DNA of 64,000 nt from an uncultured Bacilli bacterium. GTDB taxonomy: Bacteria > Bacillota_I > Bacilli_A > RF39 > UBA660. Location: positions 37,175 to 101,174 of the forward strand of contig CANQQR010000002.1 in assembly GCA_947626035.1 (NCBI GenBank), read 5' to 3'. Of the stretch, positions 25,861-36,506 are shown piece by piece. The notes under the pieces are model-generated. The model searched no databases. It worked only from the letters and a program-made list of their open reading frames with translations, and was not told the DNA's origin. Made by a program: the position numbers and the translations under genes. How positions within the stretch are numbered: the first letter of the stretch is position 1; the number at the start of each line of letters is the position of its first letter.

Positions 25861-27990
25861 TTACCTTTCTACACTGTTTATGAATTTTAGATTAGATAAT
25901 TCTGTCATGAATTTTTTTAGTGTTTCTTTGTTTTTTACTTTGCATATTATTTCGTATATGTCATTGTTTTTGTTGTTTCCTTTGTGATTTATTGATTTAA
26001 TACCTATGTCTTGTTTTGTTGCTAGAGTTAGTATGTCTATTAAGTGGTCGTTAGTTTGATCTAGGTTGATTTTTATGCTTGTTATGAATTTGTCTATTGT
26101 GTCTATGTTCCAGCTTGCATTTATTATTCTTTTGTTTGTTAGGTCTACGTTTTTACAGTCTTTTCTGTGTATTAGTACGCCATTACCTTTTGTTATGTAA
26201 CCTACTATGTCGTCTCCTGGTACTGGAGAACATTTTGGACAAATTGTTGTTAGTATGTCTGTGAAGCCTGCGATTATTATTTTTCCGTTTTCTTTGTTTT
26301 CTATTATGTTTTTGTTTTCTAGTAGTTTTTCTACTAGTGTATCTTTTTTAGGTTCTGTTATGTCAATTAGTTTGTTTATTATTATGTTTGGTGTGTATTT
26401 TAGTGTGGTTATGCCTATACATAAGTCTTCAAAGTTATCTGCTTTTAGAGTTCGCAAGCATTCGTTTATTGTTTCTTCTTTTAGTAGGTCTTTTTCGTTT
26501 AGTTTTCTTTTTTTGATTTCTTCTAGTAGTATTTCTTTACCTGTTTCTATACTTTTATCTTTTTCTTTTTTGTTAAAGTATGATTTTATTCTACTTTTTG
26601 CTCCATCTGTTTTTACAAATTTTAGCCATGATTTACTTGGATTTTTTCCTTTTTGTGTTTTTAGGTCTACTATGTCGCCATCTTGTAGTGTGTAGTTTAG
26701 GCTTACTAGTTTTCCGTTTACTAAAGCACCTACTAAGGTGTTACCTATTTCTGAGTGGATTTTGTAGGCAAAGTCAACTGGTGTTGCATCTACTGGTAGT
26801 TCAATTATGTCTCCTTTTGGTGTAAATATGTATATTTCGTCTTTTGATAGGTTTCTGTTTAGGTTTTTAAAGAAGTCTTTGTTGTCTTCTTTGTCGTTTA
26901 CTTCTATTAGTGTTCTAAATGCTGCTAGTTTGTTTTCTAGTTCACTTGTTTTTGAACCATCTGTTTTTTCTTTATAGCTCCAGTGAGATGCTACACCATG
27001 CTCTGCTATTTCGTCCATTTCATGGGTTCTTATTTGTATTTCAAATACTGTTCCGTCTACACCAAAGATGGTTGTGTGAAGACTTTGGTACATGTTTCCT
27101 TTTGGGTTTGCAATGTAGTCTTTAAATCTTTTTGGAATTGGTCTATATTTTGAATGGATTAGTCCGATTATTAGGTAACATTCTTCTGTTTTGTCTACTA
27201 ATATTCTAAGGCCTAGTAGGTCATATATTTGATTCCATTTTTTCCCTGCTTTTAGTTTGTTATATATTCCTCTTACACTTTTTACTCGGTAGGTTATGTC
27301 AAATTTTATGTTGTGAGCGTTTAGTAAAGTGATTAGTTCGTCTCTCATTTTGTATAGAAGGTTTTCTAGTTCTGTTTTGTCTTTGTTTATTTTGTTTAGT
27401 ACTTCTAGATAACCCTCTTTATCGCTGTTTCTTAAGCATAGGTCTTCTAGTTCACTTTTTATTTTTTTTATTCCTAGTCTATGTGCGATTGGAATAAATA
27501 CTTTTTCTGTTTCGTCTATTACATCTAATATGTGTTCTTTATCATGAACTTCTATTGTTCTTAGGTTATCTAGTCTATCTGCTAGTTTTATGAATAAACT
27601 TATTGGGTTTTCAGATAAACCTACTACTATTCTTCTGTATCTATCTGTGTCGTTACTTTTTTTGAATGTTCTTTTTAAGTGACTTAGTTTGCTTATTTGT
27701 TCTAGTATTTTTGCACTGGTTTCTCCAAATTGTTCTTCTACTTCTTCGTATGTTATTTTGTTTAGTGTTATTCCCTCGTGTATTAGTGCACATCCTATTG
27801 TGGTTGTGTCCATTTTTAGTTCAGCTAGTATTTTTGCCACTCTTATAGGGTGGTTTATGTAGTCTTCATTGGTTAGTCTTAACATGTCTTTGTATATTTT
27901 TAAAGCTACGTCATAGTATTTATCTATTTCAATTAAGTTTTTTTTAGTCATGTAGTGTGATAATTCTTCTTTAAGTTCTTGATATTCCAT
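25861..27990 (-). CDS. relA: Bifunctional (p)ppGpp synthetase/hydrolase RelA/SpoT (Rel)
   Basis: HD hydrolase domain (HPIRVAKIL...), synthetase domain (YRPIPKRFKDYIANPKGNMYQSLHTTI), TGS domain and C-terminal ACT domain. 709 aa. Confidence 0.9.
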   Translation of the reverse strand: MEYQELKEELSHYMTKKNLIEIDKYYDVALKIYKDMLRLTNEDYINHPIRVAKILAELKMDTTTIGCALIHEGITLNKITYEEVEEQFGETSAKILEQISKLSHLKRTFKKSNDTDRYRRIVVGLSENPISLFIKLADRLDNLRTIEVHDKEHILDVIDETEKVFIPIAHRLGIKKIKSELEDLCLRNSDKEGYLEVLNKINKDKTELENLLYKMRDELITLLNAHNIKFDITYRVKSVRGIYNKLKAGKKWNQIYDLLGLRILVDKTEECYLIIGLIHSKYRPIPKRFKDYIANPKGNMYQSLHTTIFGVDGTVFEIQIRTHEMDEIAEHGVASHWSYKEKTDGSKTSELENKLAAFRTLIEVNDKEDNKDFFKNLNRNLSKDEIYIFTPKGDIIELPVDATPVDFAYKIHSEIGNTLVGALVNGKLVSLNYTLQDGDIVDLKTQKGKNPSKSWLKFVKTDGAKSRIKSYFNKKEKDKSIETGKEILLEEIKKRKLNEKDLLKEETINECLRTLKADNFEDLCIGITTLKYTPNIIINKLIDITEPKKDTLVEKLLENKNIIENKENGKIIIAGFTDILTTICPKCSPVPGDDIVGYITKGNGVLIHRKDCKNVDLTNKRIINASWNIDTIDKFITSIKINLDQTNDHLIDILTLATKQDIGIKSINHKGNNKNNDIYEIICKVKNKETLKKFMTELSNLKFINSVER

Positions 27991-28006
27991 TTTTTTCCTT
28001 TCTTTT

Positions 28007-30199
28007 TTAAGAATTAATTCCTTTTATTAGTTTTTCTTCTAGTTCGTTATCGTCTTTTGTTTCTTTTTTAGGATGTTTAATTCTGTTTTTTTCTAGTAGT
28101 AACCATAAGTTAGGTGCTAGTAAAAGGGATGAGAATGTACCTGATGTTAGTCCTATTAATACGGTTATGTTAAATTCTTTTATACCACTCATGTTCATTA
28201 TTAATAGTACTATTATTGCTGTTAGTGTTGTTACTGATGTTATTATGTTTCTTTTTAGTGATAAGCTTATGCTTTCTTTTACTATTTGTTTTAGAGAGTC
28301 CAAGTTGTTTTGGTCTTTTAGTTCTTTCATTTTTTCTCTTATTATGTCAAATACTACTATTGTGTCGTTTATTGAGTAACCTATTATTGTTAATATTCCG
28401 GCTATGAATATGAAGTTTATTTCTATGTTTAGTATTAAAAATACAGATATTGTTATTAGTACGTCAGAAAGTATTGCTATTATGCTTGCTATTGCAAAGT
28501 TTTTTGTGAAACGAATTGTTACGTATATTAGTACACATAAACTAGCAATTATTAGGGCTTTTATAGCATTTTTTGTTAAGTCTTTTTTAACTATGTTACT
28601 TATTACTGATATGTCTGTTTTGTAGTTATATTCGTTTAGTTCTTCTTTTAGTTCTTTTATTTCATTTTCTTTTAATTTTTCTTCTAGTTTGTAGTATATT
28701 TCAAATTCACTTATGTTTTCTTTTTCTACTACGTTATAGTTATTTATTATTTTGTTTATTTCGCTTTCTTTTATTTTTTCTTCACTTTTTATAAGTAGTG
28801 TGCTTCCACCTTTAAAGTCTATTCCTAGGTTAAAGCCTTTAGTTAGTGAAAATATTAGGCCTAGAAGTAGTGTTATAAGTAGCGTTATGATGTATATTTT
28901 TGTTACTGTGATGTTTTCTCTTATTTTTGTTTTTTTGATTTTTCCTAGAAGTAGTGTTTCTTTATTGTCAAAGTGAGTGCTTAGTATTAGTTTATTCATT
29001 ATGTATCTATTTAATAGTATCATAGCTACTACAGTCATTAGTATTGTTATTATTAGCATTGTTGCGAAACCTTTTACACTACTTTCTCCAAATATGAATA
29101 GTACAATTGCTGCGATTAGTGTTGTTATGTTAGCGTCTATTAGTGATACTAAGCTACGTTTGTTTCCATCAAGGTATGCTGTTTTTAGTTTTTTTCCTTG
29201 TGATAATTCTTCTTTTATTTTTTCTAGTGTTATTACACTTGAGTCTACGGCCATGCCTATTCCTAGTATTAAGGCTGCTATTCCAGTTAGTGTTAGTACA
29301 CCATCGATACTGTTAAATACTATAAATACTAGTACTGCATAGAAAAGTAAACATATACTAGATATTAGTCCACTTATTCTGTAGAAGAATATCATTATTA
29401 AGGCTATTATTATAAATGTGATTATGCCAGCAATTCCTACGTTAGTTAGTGTGTTAGCTCCAAATGACGCGTCTACTGTTTTTGTGCTTATTTCTGTTAG
29501 TTTTGTAGGAAGACTTCCTGAATTTATTAAGTCTACTAGTTCTTTTGCTTCTTTTTCTGTAAATGAGCCTTCAATTATTACGTTGTTTGCAAATCCTTCT
29601 GGAACAGTAGCTGCACTTATACATTTTGTGTTACTTTTTCCACATTCATTTTGATTAAATGTGTCATTTTCTTCATAGTCAAGCCAGATTACTATTAATT
29701 GGTCAGTACTTTCTGATATGCTTTTTGTTACTCTATAGAATGTGTCGTTATCTTTGATGCTTAGTGCGACTACTGGTTCTCTTTTACTGTTATAGTCTAG
29801 TTTTGCTCCAGGAGAGTCTAGTACACTTGAAGTCATTAATTCTTCGTTTTGTGAGTTTCTAAATGTTAAAACTGCTGGTGTGCTCAAGCGTTTTCTTGCT
29901 TCTTCTTCGTCTGTTACGCCAGGAAGTTTTACTCTTATTTTGTTTCCCTCTAGTGATATTTCTGGTTCACTTACGCCTAGAGTGTCTATTCTGTTTCTTA
30001 TTGATTTGTATGTGCTTGTTATGTCGCTGTTTGTTACTTCTTTTCCGTCTAAACTTTCTACTAGGTATAGTACTTCAAATCCACCTTTTAAGTCTAGTCC
30101 ATAGTTTATTTTGTTTATTATTGGTTTTATTAGTAGTAAACTTATTACTATTAATAGTATGCTTACTATTATTCCGCTTGTTAATTTTTTATTTTTCAT
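28007..30199 (-). CDS. secDF: Protein translocase subunit SecDF (fused)
   Basis: 730 aa. Two six-helix membrane bundles, each with a periplasmic loop. SecD/SecF family motifs are present (e.g. GLDLKGG, GIDFKGG). Confidence 0.9.
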   Translation of the reverse strand: MKNKKLTSGIIVSILLIVISLLLIKPIINKINYGLDLKGGFEVLYLVESLDGKEVTNSDITSTYKSIRNRIDTLGVSEPEISLEGNKIRVKLPGVTDEEEARKRLSTPAVLTFRNSQNEELMTSSVLDSPGAKLDYNSKREPVVALSIKDNDTFYRVTKSISESTDQLIVIWLDYEENDTFNQNECGKSNTKCISAATVPEGFANNVIIEGSFTEKEAKELVDLINSGSLPTKLTEISTKTVDASFGANTLTNVGIAGIITFIIIALIMIFFYRISGLISSICLLFYAVLVFIVFNSIDGVLTLTGIAALILGIGMAVDSSVITLEKIKEELSQGKKLKTAYLDGNKRSLVSLIDANITTLIAAIVLFIFGESSVKGFATMLIITILMTVVAMILLNRYIMNKLILSTHFDNKETLLLGKIKKTKIRENITVTKIYIITLLITLLLGLIFSLTKGFNLGIDFKGGSTLLIKSEEKIKESEINKIINNYNVVEKENISEFEIYYKLEEKLKENEIKELKEELNEYNYKTDISVISNIVKKDLTKNAIKALIIASLCVLIYVTIRFTKNFAIASIIAILSDVLITISVFLILNIEINFIFIAGILTIIGYSINDTIVVFDIIREKMKELKDQNNLDSLKQIVKESISLSLKRNIITSVTTLTAIIVLLIMNMSGIKEFNITVLIGLTSGTFSSLLLAPNLWLLLEKNRIKHPKKETKDDNELEEKLIKGINS

Positions 30200-30480
30200 A
30201 ATAATGCTCCCTCATTTGTTATTGTTCTATCTTGTTTTTTTATTAAATCTAATACGTATGACGTTATTTCGTCTTCTTTTAAGTCCATTATTGTACTTAC
30301 CATTAGTGAGATAGTAAGTTGATCAGTTTTTTTCCATACATTTATACTAAGGTAATTCCAGATATCTTCTTCTTTTACGTAGTCTATACCTTTTCTTTTT
30401 AGTTCTAATACTTTTGAATATAATGCAGGTTTTATTCTGTTATATAGTTCTTCTAGACTTTTAAATTCTATATCAGACAT
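30196..30480 (-). CDS. ComN/YrzD-like post-transcriptional regulator (small protein upstream of secDF)
   Basis: 94 aa. Its position overlaps the secDF start (ATGA), matching the B. subtilis comN-secDF arrangement. Sequence similarity is judged only loosely. Confidence 0.4.
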   Translation of the reverse strand: MSDIEFKSLEELYNRIKPALYSKVLELKRKGIDYVKEEDIWNYLSINVWKKTDQLTISLMVSTIMDLKEDEITSYVLDLIKKQDRTITNEGALL

Positions 30481-30537
30481 ATTATCACCCAGTTAAAGTA
30501 TACTACATTTTGTTTGTTTTGAAAAGTAAAAGACTTG

Positions 30538-32637
30538 TTAAGTGTATCTTTTGTATGTTTTTATTTTGTAGTTATTTTTTATGGTTATTTCTATTGTGCC
30601 ACTGTATGCAGTGTTTAAGACTTGGCTATAACTTGAAAGACGGTTTACTACTTCTTTGTGTGGATGATTAAAGCTGTTGTTTTCTTTTGACATTATTATG
30701 CTTATTTTAGGTTTTATTTTGTCTATAAAATTACTACTTGAACTTGTTTTGCTTCCGTGGTGTGCGACTTTTAGTATGTCTACTTCTTCTAGGTTATAGT
30801 TTTTTAGTATGTCACTTTCTACTTTAGTGCTTATGTCTGCTGTAAACAAGAGTTTAGTTTTTTCTATTTTTAAAAGTAATACTATTCCGTTATCGTTTTC
30901 GTTATTATATATTTTGTTATTTAGTGATTTAATAGTGATGTTATCTATTTTAAAGTTTTCTTTAGTTATTGTTTGAGCGTTTTTTATGGAGGACTCTAGT
31001 GAGTTTATTTCGCCTTTATTTATTATTATGTTTTTGATTTTGAAGTTTTTTATAAGTGTGCTTGCTTCGCCTAGGTGGTCGTAGTCTCCGTGGGTTAGTA
31101 TTAGGTAGTCTATTTTTGTTATTCCTAAATTTATAAATAGCGGGATTAGTGTGTCTTTTCCTAGGGAATATTCATTATTAGTTAGTGCCCATTTTTCTTT
31201 TTTGTAAGGCTTTATACCACCTGTATCTATAAGTATTACTTTTTTTAAGTGAGGCGTTACTATTAAGCTTGAGTCGCCTTGGCCTACATCTATAAAGTAT
31301 ACTTTTGTTTCGTTATTTAGGTATGGTTTTATTTTTAGTGTTATTAGTAAGATTATTAGTAGTATTATTGCTTTTTTGTTTTTAGTTTTTATTATTATGT
31401 ATAAGAGTATGTAATAAATAAGTACACATATTTTGTTTATGTGAGGAAACATGATTATTAGTTTTATGTTTGTTAGTAATAGTGAAAGGTTTTCTAGTAT
31501 ACTTGTTGATATATTAAATAGTACTCTAAAGGGTGGGAAGATAAATGATATTATTGATAAAGGAAATACACAAAATGTTACTAGTGGAACAAATATTAAG
31601 TTTAGAAATATACTTATTAGGTTTATTTTGTTAAAGTAATATAAAGATAAAATTAGGCTTCCAAGGAATGCTACTATTGATACTTTTAGTAGTGATATTA
31701 TGTAGTTTTTACTACTAATTAAGTCACTACTTATTACTAGGAAATATGTTGTTATAAATGAAAGAAGAAAGCTTATGTCATATATTATGAATGGGTTTAG
31801 GATGGTAAGTATTATTAGTACTAGGTATAGTATGTTTTCTGTTTTTATATAGAAATAAAATACTTTGTTTATTCCAAGTAAAAAGAATAGTAAGCTTGCT
31901 CTTAGTATTGAGGGGCTAAAGCCAGTTATGAATGAGAATATGAGAAGAAATATGAATATTATTATGTAAGTTAGTAGTTCGTTTGTTTTAAGTTTTTTTA
32001 GTATTTTTAACAAAATCATACTAAATATAGATACATGGAGACCAGATAAAGCAAATAAGTGACTTATTCCATTTGTTCTATAGCTTTCTAGTACGTTTTC
32101 TTTTATTTTATAGTTTTTTCCTAGTATGAATGTGTAGTAGTAACTATTTTTGTTATTTATTTTTTTATATAAGTAGTTTTTTAGTTTATAGAGTATGTTT
32201 GTTTTTTTGTTTATTAGTTTTATGTTTTCGATGTTTAGGGTGTAATATATTTTTTTATAGTAAAGATATTTTTTGTAGTTAAAGCCATAGGGAATTGTGT
32301 TGTTATTTGGTTTTTGTAATGAGCCTTTTATTTCATATGTTCCGCCTATTATTAAGTTTTTTTCGTAATATTCTTTTTCTTTTTGTGTTTTTAGGTAGTA
32401 AGTGGCATTTAGTTTTTCTTTACATGATAAGTTTAGTGAGAGAACATTTCCGTCTATTTCATAGTCTTCTATTTTGCATTTAAATAGTGTGGTTGTTTCT
32501 TCGTATTTGCTTTTAAATTTTATACAATTTGTGAATATTAATGCAAGGGTTATTATAATTAGGACTATGTATTTATATAATTTATCTTGTAGTAATATTT
32601 TCCTTAATTTTAGCATATACACTTTCGCCGATACCAC
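30538..32637 (-). CDS. comEC: DNA internalization competence protein ComEC/Rec2
   Basis: 699 aa. A polytopic membrane domain is followed by a C-terminal metallo-beta-lactamase domain (LTHGDYDHLGE, VAHHGS). Confidence 0.85.
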   Translation of the reverse strand: MVSAKVYMLKLRKILLQDKLYKYIVLIIITLALIFTNCIKFKSKYEETTTLFKCKIEDYEIDGNVLSLNLSCKEKLNATYYLKTQKEKEYYEKNLIIGGTYEIKGSLQKPNNNTIPYGFNYKKYLYYKKIYYTLNIENIKLINKKTNILYKLKNYLYKKINNKNSYYYTFILGKNYKIKENVLESYRTNGISHLFALSGLHVSIFSMILLKILKKLKTNELLTYIIIFIFLLIFSFITGFSPSILRASLLFFLLGINKVFYFYIKTENILYLVLIILTILNPFIIYDISFLLSFITTYFLVISSDLISSKNYIISLLKVSIVAFLGSLILSLYYFNKINLISIFLNLIFVPLVTFCVFPLSIISFIFPPFRVLFNISTSILENLSLLLTNIKLIIMFPHINKICVLIYYILLYIIIKTKNKKAIILLIILLITLKIKPYLNNETKVYFIDVGQGDSSLIVTPHLKKVILIDTGGIKPYKKEKWALTNNEYSLGKDTLIPLFINLGITKIDYLILTHGDYDHLGEASTLIKNFKIKNIIINKGEINSLESSIKNAQTITKENFKIDNITIKSLNNKIYNNENDNGIVLLLKIEKTKLLFTADISTKVESDILKNYNLEEVDILKVAHHGSKTSSSSNFIDKIKPKISIIMSKENNSFNHPHKEVVNRLSSYSQVLNTAYSGTIEITIKNNYKIKTYKRYT

Positions 32638-33337
32638 TTACATTTTTTATGTCTTCTATTTCTTCAAATGGACCATTTTCTTCTCTATATTTTATTATGC
32701 TTTCTGCTTTTTCTTTTCCTATACCTTCTAGGGTCATTAGTTCTTCTAGTGAGGCTTCATTAATATTCACAACTGTGTTCAATTCTTCTGCTAATTCTTT
32801 GTTTTCTTTGTTAGATGCTTCTACGTCATTAGTTACTAGATCTTCATTTTTTATGCATGCATCATTTTGTGCTGTACATATTATTTCAGTTTTTTGGTTT
32901 AGTATTTCTTCTATTTCACTAGTACTATTTATGATTATTACGTTTTCGTCTTTTAGTATTTGGCTTAGGTTTATGTATTTTGTGTATGCATCTGGTAGTA
33001 ACCCTCCTGCTTTGTTAATTGCGTCTATTACTCTAGAACCTTTTTCTAGTTCATATACACCTGGGTTTACTATGCTTCCCTTTATGTCTATTTTTATTGT
33101 TTCTTCATTAGTGTTTAGTTCTACATTAGTAGGTCCAGTTAGGTTTTCAGTTGTTTCTTTGCTGTTTTCTGAAGACTTTTTTTCTACTTCGGCTAGGAAT
33201 GTTTCGTCAGATGCGTCTTTGTTTGCATTTATTATTATTAGAGAAGAAAATATTACAAGTAGAAGACCCATGTATAGTGTTATTCTTTTTTTATGTAGTT
33301 CAAAGTAGTTTTTTATTTTATCAGTCACTTTATTCAC
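32582..33337 (-). CDS. comEA: Competence protein ComEA (helix-hairpin-helix DNA-binding)
   Basis: N-terminal membrane anchor. The C-terminus is a tandem HhH (NINEASLEELMTLEGIGKEKAESIIKYREENGPF...VSGIGESVYAKIKE). It overlaps the comEC start. No comEB lies between them. Confidence 0.8.
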   Translation of the reverse strand: MNKVTDKIKNYFELHKKRITLYMGLLLVIFSSLIIINANKDASDETFLAEVEKKSSENSKETTENLTGPTNVELNTNEETIKIDIKGSIVNPGVYELEKGSRVIDAINKAGGLLPDAYTKYINLSQILKDENVIIINSTSEIEEILNQKTEIICTAQNDACIKNEDLVTNDVEASNKENKELAEELNTVVNINEASLEELMTLEGIGKEKAESIIKYREENGPFEEIEDIKNVSGIGESVYAKIKENITTR

Positions 33338-33389
33338 CTCCTCTCATAATGACAATAGCATATATTTTTTAATGTGTCAAAGGTGGTAA

Positions 33390-33525
33390 ATTTTTAATTT
33401 TTGATGGTTAATTTTTAAGTTTGTTAGGGGTTTTGGTGTTCAATTTTAAATTTTGGTTAATTTTTTCTATTTTTTGTATTTCAATTTTAAGTTTTGGATG
33501 TTAAAAAAAATATAAGAATTTTTAT
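33390..33525. repeat. Degenerate ~20-bp periodic A/T-tract array (ggtNaatttttaaNtttt-like units x5-6) upstream of comEA
   Basis: Read directly: ggtaaatttttaattttt / ggttaatttttaagtttg / gttcaattttaaattttg / ggttaattttttctatttttt / atttcaattttaagtttt / ggatgttaaaaaaaa. Confidence 0.4.
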
Positions 33526-33530
33526 CTTTC

Positions 33531-36428
33531 TTATACTTTTTCTATTTTGTTTGCAATTATTTGGTAGTCGTTTATTCTTCTTTCTACTTTACCAGTTACT
33601 TTTATTATGTCTCCTTTTTTTATTCCGAATGATGTTTTGTATGTGTTTGGGAAAGCTACAACACTTATTTTGCTATATTCGTCACTTGCTGTTATAAATG
33701 CCATTTTTTCGTTGTTTTTTGTGGTTACTTCTTTTATTACGTCTATCATTACTAGTGTGTTTATTACTTTGTCAAAATATAGTTTTATGTCTTTTAGTAA
33801 GCATGTGTTTGTTCTTTTGTATTTTGTTACTGGATGATTTTTTAAGTAGAAGCCAAATAGTTCATATTCTTTTTTTAATAGTTCATTTTCACTTAGTTCT
33901 GGGTAAATTATTATTTCAGGTATTTCTACTAGGCTTTTGTCTAGACTTTCACATAGGGTTGCATAGTTTAATCCCTCGGTTAAGTTTTTTAGCATTGTGT
34001 TTCTATTTAGTTTTAAACTGTCTAATGCTCCACTTAATATTAAGCTTTCTATTACTTTTGTGTTTGTTTTTGCGCTGTAGACACGACTTAGAAAGTCAAA
34101 GTAGTTTTTGTATGGGCCACCTTTTTGTCTTTCTTCTGTTATGTGATTAACAGCTTCTTTTCCTACTGATTTTATTATTGTAAGTGGCGGGTATATTGTG
34201 TTATTTATTAGTTCATATTTATCTTTACTATAGTTTATGTCTACACCTTTTATTATTAGGTTAAATGTTCTTGCTTCGTCTATATATTCTTTTGTTTTTA
34301 TTTCGTTACCTATTACCATGTCTAGTTCATTCATCATGTAATATTCTGTAAAGTGTGCTTTTAAAAAGGCCATTTGATATGCAACTAGAGCGTATGCTAC
34401 TGAGTGGGATTTGTTAAAGCCATAGTTTGCGAATTTTAGTACTAAGTCATATATTAAGGCAGCATCTTTTATATTACATCCATTTAATGCAGCACCGTTT
34501 AAAAATTCACTTCTGTATTTTATTATTACATCTTCTTTCTTTTTGCTCATTGCTCTTCTTATTATGTCTGCTTTACTATAGGAAAATCCACCTATTCTTT
34601 TTAGTATTTCTATTATTTGTTCTTGATATATTATTATTCCGTTTGTGTCTTTTAGTATGCTTTCTAGTTCTGGGATTATGTAGTGAGGCTTTTTTTTCTT
34701 TTCTCTTACACTTATGAATTCACTTATCATGCCTCTTGGACCTGGTCTATATAATGCAATCGCGGTTATTATGTCGTTAAATGTTTCTACTTTTAGGCTT
34801 CTTAGGAAAGACATCATACCTTCACTTTCAAATTGGAATATTCCTGTTGTGTCTACGTCGTAGAATATTTTTAATGTTTTTTGGTCGTTTAGTGGTATTT
34901 TGTTTATGTCTATGTAGATGTTTTTTTCTTCTTTTATTTTGTTTATTATCATTTTTATTGTTGTTAAGTTTTTAAGTGCTAGAAAGTCCATTTTTAGTAA
35001 GCCTATTAGTTCAAGATATTCCATTGTGTAGCCGGTTAAAATGTTGTTTGCGCTTTTATATAATGGTACTTTATTCATTAGGGGTTCACTAGATATTATT
35101 ATACCTGCTGCATGGATGCTAGTGTGTCTTTTTAAGCCTTCTAAGTGAGTTGATATTCTTATTAGTTTTTGATATTCATAGTCGTTTTTAATCATTTTTA
35201 TAAAATATTCGTTTCTTTTTAAGTCCATGAATGTTTCTTTGTCTTTTATTGTTTTAGCTAGTGCATCGATTTTTTCTTGTGGTATTTTTAGTACTCTTCC
35301 TACGTCTCTTATTACTTGTTTTGGAAGAAGTGGAGAGAATGTTATTATGTTACTTACTTTGTCTTTTCCGTATTTGTTTTTTACATATTCTACTAGTTCG
35401 TCTCTTTTTAGGTGTTCTATGTCGATGTCTATATCAGGCATGGTAATTCTGTCTTTGTTTAAGAAACGCTCGAATATTAGGTTATATTTTATTGGGTCTA
35501 TTTGTGTTATTCCAACTGCATAGCTTACTAAGCTACCTGCTGCACTTCCACGGCCTGGGCCTATCATTATGTCGTGTTTTTTTGCATAGAGTATAAAGTC
35601 ATAGACTATTAAGAAGTAGTCACAAAATCCCATGTCTATTATTACTTTTAGTTCTTCTTCTAGTCTTTTTTTATATTCTGGTGTTACTTTACCGTTTAAT
35701 CTTTTGTTTAGGCCTTTGTTACAAAGGTATGTTAGTAGTTCTATTTTGTTTTTTGAGTATTCTGGTAATTTGAAATGTGACTCTTTTAGTTCTAGGGTTA
35801 TTTGTTTTACGAAGTCAAATGTTGTTTTTGCGTCTATTTCGTCTATTTCTTTATTCATGTGATTATTGTAGTTATAATCATTTATATCGTCTATTAGTTT
35901 TCCATCACGTATCATGTTTAAGTATATTAAATATTCTTTGTCACTTTCTTCTATGTATAAAGTTTCTTTTATGTATACTATTTTGTCTGTTATGGTAAGA
36001 GACTCTGTTCTTTCTTCTTTGGTTTCGTATGATAAGTAAACGCTTTCATATATTTCTTTATATTTTAGATAGTTTTTGTAGTCTTTTGTTACACATATTA
36101 AGTCTTCTTTATGTTCTTTTATTGTTTCTATTGTTAGGTTACTTGTGTTTCTTATGCTTACTAGGTTTAGTAAGTTTACATAGCCGTTATAATTTTTTGC
36201 ATATATTAAATAGTTTAAGTCATTTATTTTTATTTCTATACCTATTATGGGTTTTATGTTTTCTTTTTTTGCAAGTGTCATAAATTCTATTGAGCCAAAC
36301 ATATTAGAGTCAGTTATTCCAACACTTGGTATGTTTTGTTCTTTTATGAATTTTATTAGTACATCTATTTTTATTAGACTACTTAATAATTCATAATGTG
36401 TTTTTACGTTTATAGGTATATAATTCAT
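33531..36428 (-). CDS. dnaE: DNA polymerase III alpha subunit DnaE (short form, 965 aa)
   Basis: N-terminal PHP domain, the polymerase core and a C-terminal OB fold (FITASDEYSKISVVAFP). Confidence 0.9.
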   Translation of the reverse strand: MNYIPINVKTHYELLSSLIKIDVLIKFIKEQNIPSVGITDSNMFGSIEFMTLAKKENIKPIIGIEIKINDLNYLIYAKNYNGYVNLLNLVSIRNTSNLTIETIKEHKEDLICVTKDYKNYLKYKEIYESVYLSYETKEERTESLTITDKIVYIKETLYIEESDKEYLIYLNMIRDGKLIDDINDYNYNNHMNKEIDEIDAKTTFDFVKQITLELKESHFKLPEYSKNKIELLTYLCNKGLNKRLNGKVTPEYKKRLEEELKVIIDMGFCDYFLIVYDFILYAKKHDIMIGPGRGSAAGSLVSYAVGITQIDPIKYNLIFERFLNKDRITMPDIDIDIEHLKRDELVEYVKNKYGKDKVSNIITFSPLLPKQVIRDVGRVLKIPQEKIDALAKTIKDKETFMDLKRNEYFIKMIKNDYEYQKLIRISTHLEGLKRHTSIHAAGIIISSEPLMNKVPLYKSANNILTGYTMEYLELIGLLKMDFLALKNLTTIKMIINKIKEEKNIYIDINKIPLNDQKTLKIFYDVDTTGIFQFESEGMMSFLRSLKVETFNDIITAIALYRPGPRGMISEFISVREKKKKPHYIIPELESILKDTNGIIIYQEQIIEILKRIGGFSYSKADIIRRAMSKKKEDVIIKYRSEFLNGAALNGCNIKDAALIYDLVLKFANYGFNKSHSVAYALVAYQMAFLKAHFTEYYMMNELDMVIGNEIKTKEYIDEARTFNLIIKGVDINYSKDKYELINNTIYPPLTIIKSVGKEAVNHITEERQKGGPYKNYFDFLSRVYSAKTNTKVIESLILSGALDSLKLNRNTMLKNLTEGLNYATLCESLDKSLVEIPEIIIYPELSENELLKKEYELFGFYLKNHPVTKYKRTNTCLLKDIKLYFDKVINTLVMIDVIKEVTTKNNEKMAFITASDEYSKISVVAFPNTYKTSFGIKKGDIIKVTGKVERRINDYQIIANKIEKV

Positions 36429-36506
36429 AACTTTCTCCTTTATAACAATTATATACTAATTATTTTGAAATTACTAGGCGAACAAAAAAAGAAGAATTAA
36501 TCTTCT

